Shown: one piece after another, positions 52,639 through 64,000 of the stretch
Position numbering within the stretch: the first letter of the stretch is position 1
How the letters are laid out: every line of letters starts with the position of its first letter
Assembly (NCBI GenBank): GCA_032654565.1
Contig: JAULAX010000009.1
Coordinates: 128,001 to 192,000, forward strand
From: Anaeromyxobacteraceae bacterium
GTDB lineage: Bacteria > Myxococcota > Myxococcia > Myxococcales > Anaeromyxobacteraceae
Length of the DNA: 64,000 bases
Direction: 5' to 3'
Program-made: the position numbers and the translations under genes
The notes under the pieces: generated by a model
Databases searched by the model: none
What the model was told of the DNA's origin: nothing
The model's input: only the letters and a program-made list of their open reading frames with translations

Positions 52639-53688
52639 TCAGACGATACCCCAAGGACGGGGGACGAAGAGGGCTTCCCAGGTGGCCAGCGCGAAGCGGT
52701 CGGTCATCCCGGAGAGGAAGTCGGTGGCGGCCCGCTCCAGCGACTCGCCGGGCCGGGGCGCCACCCCGTGCCGGGCCTGCAGGCGGGCCCCGTCGGCCAG
52801 GCACCAGCCGAGCAGGTCGCGCAGGATGCGCTGCGCCTTGACGAACTCCTCGTGCACCTCGGGGTTCTCGTAGACCCGGGCGTAGAGGAAGTCGCGCAGG
52901 GTCAGCAGCGCCGCGTGGATGGGCGGGGAGAGCTCGATGTGCTCGGCCCGGTCGAGGTGGGAGTTGGCGATGACGTCGCCGATGAGCGTGGCCAGCCGCT
53001 GCGAGTGGCGCTGGCCCAGCACCTGGCGCACCTCGGCGGGCAGGTCGGCCTCGGTGAGCAGCCCGGCCCGCACCGCGTCGTCGAGGTCGTGGTTGACGTA
53101 GGCGATGACGTCGGCCAGCCGCACCACCTCGGCCTCCAGGGTCATGGCCTTGGTGCCGCTCCCCTTCATGAGCAGGTTCCCCCGCCCCTTGGAGTGGCGC
53201 AGGATGCCGTCGCGCACCTCGGCGGTGAGGTTGAGCCCGTGCCCGTCGCGCTCCAGCACCTCCACCACCCGCACCGACTGCAGGACGTGGTGGAAGCCGC
53301 CGGTCACGGTCTCGGCCAGCACCCGCTCGCCGGCGTGGCCGAACGGGGTGTGGCCGAGGTCGTGCCCCATCACCATGGCCTCCACCAGCATCTCGTTGAG
53401 CCGCAGGGCGCGGGCGATGGAGCGGCCCACCTGCGCCACCTCCAGGGTGTGGGTGAGCCGGTTGCGGTAGTGGTCGCCGCGCGGCGCCAGGAAGACCTGG
53501 GTCTTGCCGGCCAGCCGGCGGAAGCTCTTGCAGTGGAGCACCCGGTCGCGGTCGCGCTGGTAGACCGGCCGCTCGTCGTCCTCCGGCTCGGGCACGGCCC
53601 GGCCGCGGCTCTCCGCCGAGCGGGCCGCCCGGGCGTGGAGGGTCTGCGCCTCCTGCTCCTCCAGCATGGCTCGGATGGTGGGCGGCAT
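52639..53688 (-). CDS. dgt: dGTP triphosphohydrolase (short HD form)
   Basis: FRRLAGKTQVF, RLTHTLEV, HDLGHTPFGHAGE, AYVNHDLDD, SGMTDRFA. Confidence 0.95.
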   Translation of the reverse strand: MPPTIRAMLEEQEAQTLHARAARSAESRGRAVPEPEDDERPVYQRDRDRVLHCKSFRRLAGKTQVFLAPRGDHYRNRLTHTLEVAQVGRSIARALRLNEMLVEAMVMGHDLGHTPFGHAGERVLAETVTGGFHHVLQSVRVVEVLERDGHGLNLTAEVRDGILRHSKGRGNLLMKGSGTKAMTLEAEVVRLADVIAYVNHDLDDAVRAGLLTEADLPAEVRQVLGQRHSQRLATLIGDVIANSHLDRAEHIELSPPIHAALLTLRDFLYARVYENPEVHEEFVKAQRILRDLLGWCLADGARLQARHGVAPRPGESLERAATDFLSGMTDRFALATWEALFVPRPWGIV

Positions 53689-53727
53689 CGGTCTCCCCTG
53701 ACGTTCTAGCCGCCGGGGCCGCCCCTG

Positions 53728-54579
53728 TCACGGGTAGAAGGAGCGCTCCAGGGTGAGGATCAGCAGGTTGGAGAGGGCGTGGGCCACCACCGGGGCCACC
53801 ACCGACCCGGTCCGGGCCCGCAGCCAGCCGAAGAGCAGCCCGGGGAAGAAGGTGGCGAGGCGCCAGGGCTGGCCGGAGACCAGGTGGCCGGCGGCGAAGA
53901 GGGCCTGGGTGGCGAAGAAGCCGTGGCCGAGCCGCGCCCCCAGCACCGTCCAGCCGCGCTCCGGCGCGAGCCGCGCCCAGGCGGTCTGCAGCCAGCCCCG
54001 GTAGAAGAGCTCCTCCGGCAACGCCACCACCAGCAGCTGGAGCGCCACGGTGAGCAGCAGCGGGTCGGGCAGCCGCAGCGCGAAGGCCGGCGCGCCCAGG
54101 TAGGGGGAGAGGACCGCCGCCAGGCCGGGCGGGAGCCGCGGCACCAGCGCGGTGAAGCCGAGCCAGGCCGCCACGAAGGGGGGGAAGACCACGGCGCAGC
54201 AGAGCAGCCCCTGCCAGGCCCCGCGCCCCACCCCCCACCCCTCGCGCCCGCCCCCCCCGGAGGCGAGGAAGCCGGCGCCGTACCCCTCCCACCCCTCGCC
54301 GCGAGCCCGCAGCCAGCGCTCCGGCAGGAGCACGAAGAGGACCGCGGCCACTCCGGCCAGGTTGCCGGCCAGCAGCCCGGTCGGGTCGACCAGGGAGAGG
54401 AGGCGGGCCAGCAGGAGGCCGCCCAGCGCCAGGGCCCAGGTGGCGACCAGCGCGCCGGGGCCGTAGCCGGGGCCCGTGCCGGAACCGCCGCCAGACCCGA
54501 CGCTGGGCCCGGGTCGGTGACCGGCGGGCAGGGGTGGGGGTGGGGGCTGCTCGGAAAGGGGCACGAGCCCGAATCGCAC
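53728..54579 (-). CDS. CPBP (type II CAAX) intramembrane glutamic protease, myxosortase-like
   Basis: PEELFYRG, LFAAGH, AHALSN catalytic motifs plus WRLATFFPGLLFGWLRARTGS; start may be the GTG at 54564. Confidence 0.85.
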   Translation of the reverse strand: MRFGLVPLSEQPPPPPLPAGHRPGPSVGSGGGSGTGPGYGPGALVATWALALGGLLLARLLSLVDPTGLLAGNLAGVAAVLFVLLPERWLRARGEGWEGYGAGFLASGGGGREGWGVGRGAWQGLLCCAVVFPPFVAAWLGFTALVPRLPPGLAAVLSPYLGAPAFALRLPDPLLLTVALQLLVVALPEELFYRGWLQTAWARLAPERGWTVLGARLGHGFFATQALFAAGHLVSGQPWRLATFFPGLLFGWLRARTGSVVAPVVAHALSNLLILTLERSFYP

Positions 54580-54699
54580 GCGCCGGAAGGGGCGTCAACG
54601 CCCCTCTCGACGTGTGCGCGCCGCGACCACACCGGGGCCACCGTGGGGGAGGGCCGCTGCCGGTGGCGTGGTACGCTGACGCCCCGAGGAGAGACCGAC

Positions 54700-60193
<5,494 letters not shown>

Positions 60194-60210
<17 letters not shown>

Positions 60211-60574
60211 CCGCCTCGTCCACCAGGGCCAGCGCCTCGGCCGGGTCGAAGGGCTTCTTGAGCAGGTGATCGGCGCCGATGCGCCGGTACATCTCCCGCT
60301 CGCCGTCGCCGAGGCGGGAGCTCATCAGCACCAGGAAGGCCTTCTTCCAGTGCGGGTGGCTCTTCACCACCCGGCAGACGTCGGCGCCGTTGAGCCTGGG
60401 CATGTAGACGTCCACCAGCAGGGCGTCGGGGCGGACCTCGGCCAGGCGCTGGAAGACCTCCTCGCCGTCGGCGGCGGTGATCACCTCCCAGCCCGAGGCC
60501 TCGAAGGTGGCGGCCAGCGCGTCGACCATGGCGCGGGAGTCGTCGGCGATCAGGAGTCTCTTGGGGGTGGCCAC
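60194..60574 (-). CDS. Single-domain response regulator receiver
   Basis: LLIADD, VDVYMPRLNG, KPF; GTG start 7 nt after TATAAC. Confidence 0.9.
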
Positions 60575-60617
60575 CGGCTTCGTTATACCCTGCGCCCCGT
60601 GGTAGATCACGCGCGTC

Positions 60618-62033
60618 ATGATCGCCCCGCGCGTCCGCTTCGCCCCCTCCCCCACCGGCTACCTCCACCTCGGCGGCGCCCGCACCGCGCTCTTCAACTG
60701 GCTCTACGCCCGGCGCCACGGCGGCACCTTCGTGCTCCGCATCGAGGACACCGACCGGGAGCGCTCCACCCAGGTGGCGGTGGAGGCCATCCTCGAGGGG
60801 ATGCGCTGGCTCGGCCTCGACTGGGACGAGGGGCCCGGCGCCGGCGGCCCCCACGGCCCGTACTTCCAGACCGAGCGGCTCGACGTCTACCGGGCCCACG
60901 CCGACCGGCTCATCGCCGAGGGCAAGGCCTACGCCTGCACCTGCACCCGCGAGGCGCTCGACGTGCTGCGCAAGCAGGCCGAGGCCGAGAAGCGCCAGTT
61001 CCGCTACCCCGGCACCTGCCGCGGCAAGCCCTACGACCCCTCGCAGCGCCACGTCATCCGGCTCATCGTCCCGGAGACCGGCGCCACCAGCTTCGACGAC
61101 CTGGTCAAGGGGACCATCAGCACCCCCCACGACACGCTCCAGGACGAGGTCATCCTGCGCGGCGACGGCATGCCGCTCTACAACTTCGGGGCGGTGGTGG
61201 ACGACGTCACCATGGAGATCAACCTGGTGGCCCGCGGCGACGACCACGTCAACAACACCGCCCGCCAGATCCTCATCTACCAGGCGCTCGGCTACCCGGT
61301 GCCGGCCTTCGCCCACCTGCCCATGATCCTGGGCGCCGACAAGACCCGGCTCTCCAAGCGCCACGGCGCCACCAACCTGATGTCCTACAAGGACATGGGC
61401 TTCATGCCCCAGGCCCTGGTCAACTACCTGGTCCGCCTCGGCTGGTCGCACGGCGACCAGGAGATCTTCACGCTCGAGGAGCTGGTGGCGGTCTTCGACT
61501 GGAAGCAGGTGGGGGCCACCGCCGGGGTCTTCAACCCCGACAAGCTGCTCTGGGTGAACCACCAGTGGCTGCGGGCCCTCTCCGACGACGCCCTGGCCGC
61601 CGGCGCGCTCCCCTACTTCGCCGCCGCCGGGCTCCCGGTGGCCGACGACCAGAAGCTCCGGCTGGTGGTCCGCCAGCTCCGCGAGCGGGCCAAGAGCTTC
61701 GTGGAGATCGTCCAGCAGGCCCGCTGCTTCTACGCCCCCATCCAGCTCGACGAGAAGGCCCGGGCCAAGCAGCTCACCGCCGACGCCCAGCCGCTGCTGC
61801 GCTCGGTCCGCGACGGCGTGGCCGGCATGGAGGCGATGGAGCTGCCGACGCTGGAGCGGCTCTTCGCCGAGGTGGCGGAGCGGGCCGGCGTCGGCCTCGG
61901 CAAGGTGGCCCAGCCGGTGCGCGTGGCGCTGACCGGGAGCACCGCCTCGCCGGGGATCCACGACGTGGTGCAGATTCTCGGCAAGGCCGAGACCCTGGCC
62001 CGGCTGGACGCCGCCCTGGCCCTGATCGGCTGA
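60618..62033 (+). CDS. gltX: Glutamate--tRNA ligase
   Basis: RFAPSPTGYLHLGG, RIEDTD, RGDDH, RLSKR. Confidence 0.97.
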   Translation: MIAPRVRFAPSPTGYLHLGGARTALFNWLYARRHGGTFVLRIEDTDRERSTQVAVEAILEGMRWLGLDWDEGPGAGGPHGPYFQTERLDVYRAHADRLIAEGKAYACTCTREALDVLRKQAEAEKRQFRYPGTCRGKPYDPSQRHVIRLIVPETGATSFDDLVKGTISTPHDTLQDEVILRGDGMPLYNFGAVVDDVTMEINLVARGDDHVNNTARQILIYQALGYPVPAFAHLPMILGADKTRLSKRHGATNLMSYKDMGFMPQALVNYLVRLGWSHGDQEIFTLEELVAVFDWKQVGATAGVFNPDKLLWVNHQWLRALSDDALAAGALPYFAAAGLPVADDQKLRLVVRQLRERAKSFVEIVQQARCFYAPIQLDEKARAKQLTADAQPLLRSVRDGVAGMEAMELPTLERLFAEVAERAGVGLGKVAQPVRVALTGSTASPGIHDVVQILGKAETLARLDAALALIG

Positions 62034-62086
62034 GCGCGGCCCTCGTCCCCGGGCTCGAAGGCCGCGCCGGTGGCTCGCGCCGACCG

Positions 62087-62650
62087 CTACCAGGCGGCGA
62101 TCAGCGCCGCCGCGCCGAAGGCGAAGAAGAGCCCGGCCGCCACCCAGCGGACCTGCTTCAGCTGCACCCGGGCCGCCAGCCGCTCGCCGAGGAAGACCGC
62201 CAGGCCGTCGGCCGCCAGCATGCCGGCGGTGGTCCCCACCGTCACCGCCACCACCGAGCTGAACCGGGCCGCCAGCGCCACCGTGGCGAGCTGCGTCTTG
62301 TCCCCCATCTCGGCGAGGAAGAAGAGGACCGTGGTGGTGAGGAACGGGCCGAAGCGGTCGGGGGCGCGCCCCTCCTCCAGGGTGTCGGGCTTGAGCGTCC
62401 AGAGCCCGAAGCCGATGAAGGTGGCCCCCAGCAGCGCCGCCATGACCCGGGGAGGGACCTGGGCGGCGATCCAGCTCCCCGCCCAGGCGGCCAGGGCGTG
62501 GTTGAGGACGGTGGCCAGCAGGATGCCGCCCATCACCGTCCAGGGGCGGCGGTAGCGGGCCGCCAGCGAGAAGGCCAGCAGCTGCGTCTTGTCGCCCATC
62601 TCGCTGGCGGCGACCAGCAGGAAGCTGCTGGCGATGGTCTCGAGGCTCAC
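62087..62650 (-). CDS. TMEM165/GDT1 (UPF0016) cation transporter
   Basis: Two EMGDKTQL motifs; GTG start. Confidence 0.93.
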   Translation of the reverse strand: MSLETIASSFLLVAASEMGDKTQLLAFSLAARYRRPWTVMGGILLATVLNHALAAWAGSWIAAQVPPRVMAALLGATFIGFGLWTLKPDTLEEGRAPDRFGPFLTTTVLFFLAEMGDKTQLATVALAARFSSVVAVTVGTTAGMLAADGLAVFLGERLAARVQLKQVRWVAAGLFFAFGAAALIAAW

Positions 62651-62680
62651 GCGGCGCTCCCGGGGGCGGTGGGGGTGGCG

Positions 62681-62709
62681 GTGATATCTGGCCCCGCGGG
62701 CGCGGTCAA
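62681..62709 (-). promoter_or_regulatory. sigma70-type promoter for the UPF0016 gene
   Basis: TTGACC-N17-TATCAC. Confidence 0.6.
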
Positions 62710-62796
62710 TCGCCGCCCCCTGCGCCCCCGCCGGAAGCTGGACTTCCACCCGGGGCGGGGGTTTGCTCCGCGCCATCCCGAGAGGAGCAGACCCCG

Positions 62797-64000
62797 ATGC
62801 CGTCGATCCCCGATGAACCGCTGGAGCGGACCGTCCACGCCAACAGCCGCTGGCTGCGCCAGGCCATGGCGCCCTACTTCTTCGCCGCCATGCAGGACGA
62901 GCCGGAGGCCATCGCCAACCTGGAGCGCGGCCTCGGCACGCTGAAGACCAACCAGCACCTGATCCTGGCCGACCGGCCCAACGCCCTCATCCTGGCCGCG
63001 CCCAACACCCCGGGCTCGCTCTACCGGACCATCACCCTGGGGGCCGGCTCGCAGCGTGCCATCTCCTACGCCATGTTCGCCCACTCCGACCGGCCCATGC
63101 CCGGGCTGGACGCCTCGCTGGAGATCCAGCGCTTCGAGTTCGACTGCAAGACCGACGCCTGGGTCAAGGAGCGGCTGGCCGCCGGCGTGGCGGTGCCGCG
63201 GAACATCCGCGACTCGGTGGCCATGGCCATGCACGCCGAGTACCGCGACTTCGACATGGGCGAGCTGGACCGGCTGCTCGGCCTCTTCTGGCTCTGCAAC
63301 CAGGCCTACACCCGGGTCTCGCCGCCTCGCCGCGTCGCCCAGACCCTGCGGCTGCTGCAGCTCTGCGAGCGGGCCGGCGGCCTCCACCTCGACGTCGAGG
63401 CCACCCGCGACGACTCCGGCCTGACCCGGGTCTCCTTCGCGGTGGCCAGCCCGCCCCACCGCGGCTTCCTGGCCCAGCTGCTCGAGGTGCTCAACCGCCT
63501 CGACCTCGGCGTCACCCGGGCCTACGTGCTCGACATCTCCAGCGGCGTCCGCCCGTATGCCCTCTGCACCTTCTACGTCTACCCGCGGAAGGGCGGGCGG
63601 CTGGTGGTCGGCTCGCCCCTGCACCGCCAGCTGGAGCGGGAGCTGTTCAACACCCAGCTCCTGCGCACCGGCTCGCCGGAGTACCGGGAGCTGGTGACCA
63701 CCGGCGTGCTCAGCGGCGAGGACGCCTCGCTGGTGCGGGCCTTCGTGGCCTTCTGCCACACCAACCTGGCCCACGCCCAGCCCGACCGCTTCGACTGGGA
63801 GGAGGTGCGCAACGCCTTCCACGCCAACCCGCAGATGGCGCTGATGCTCACCGGGCTCTTCCGGGCCCGCTTCGACCCCTCGGTGAAGGGACGGGAGAAG
63901 GCCTGGCCGGCGCAGCTGGCCGCCGCCGAGAAGCGGGTGCGCGACTACAACACCGGCCACCGCCACCTCGACGACGTGCGGCGCGACGTCTTCCGCTGCG
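62797..64000 (+). CDS. Large NAD-specific glutamate dehydrogenase, 5' part; runs off the window edge
   Basis: Manual translation (not in ORF track): MPSIPDE..WLRQAMAPYFF..FCHTNLAH..LFRARFDP..YNTGHRHLD; GAGGAG SD; catalytic domain lies outside the window. Confidence 0.7.
   Translation, partial: MPSIPDEPLERTVHANSRWLRQAMAPYFFAAMQDEPEAIANLERGLGTLKTNQHLILADRPNALILAAPNTPGSLYRTITLGAGSQRAISYAMFAHSDRPMPGLDASLEIQRFEFDCKTDAWVKERLAAGVAVPRNIRDSVAMAMHAEYRDFDMGELDRLLGLFWLCNQAYTRVSPPRRVAQTLRLLQLCERAGGLHLDVEATRDDSGLTRVSFAVASPPHRGFLAQLLEVLNRLDLGVTRAYVLDISSGVRPYALCTFYVYPRKGGRLVVGSPLHRQLERELFNTQLLRTGSPEYRELVTTGVLSGEDASLVRAFVAFCHTNLAHAQPDRFDWEEVRNAFHANPQMALMLTGLFRARFDPSVKGREKAWPAQLAAAEKRVRDYNTGHRHLDDVRRDVFRC

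Noticed and set aside
52643..52648. Leaderless -10 (TATCGT) before hsp70
   Set aside because: It lies within the last codons of dgt, so translational coupling explains the start equally well; excluded from the leaderless count.
52639..53688. Anti-phage dGTPase
   Set aside because: Short housekeeping-type enzyme in a core context, with no defence genes nearby.
62651..62710. yybP-ykoY Mn riboswitch before the UPF0016 gene
   Set aside because: The predicted promoter leaves only about 25 nt of leader, too short for the aptamer.

Overview
Very GC-rich chromosomal window that looks like an Anaeromyxobacter-type myxobacterium (inferred from gene content). It is mostly core genome: queA, SpoIID, a divergent pair of KamA radical-SAM genes, rel, an FHA/Ser-Thr-kinase/DksA/diadenylate-cyclase signalling block, ampG, two divergently transcribed incomplete complex I (nuo) operons, an Hsp70/J-protein/dGTPase block, gltX and a partial NAD-glutamate dehydrogenase. 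The main observation is a ~1836-aa ORF (54700-60210) in which an internal MYXO-CTERM sorting signal runs, through a shared poly-Arg tract, directly into a second lipoprotein signal peptide. This suggests a two-protein surface polyprotein, and it is encoded head-to-head with a myxosortase-like CPBP protease. Other notable items are a TA-flanked MITE at the cyclase stop codon, a non-coding repeat/IS-end/structured-RNA block near moaB, a deleted ice-binding-protein remnant, a frameshifted Kelch lipoprotein and many apparently leaderless genes. All product calls come from motif recognition by eye; no searches were run.
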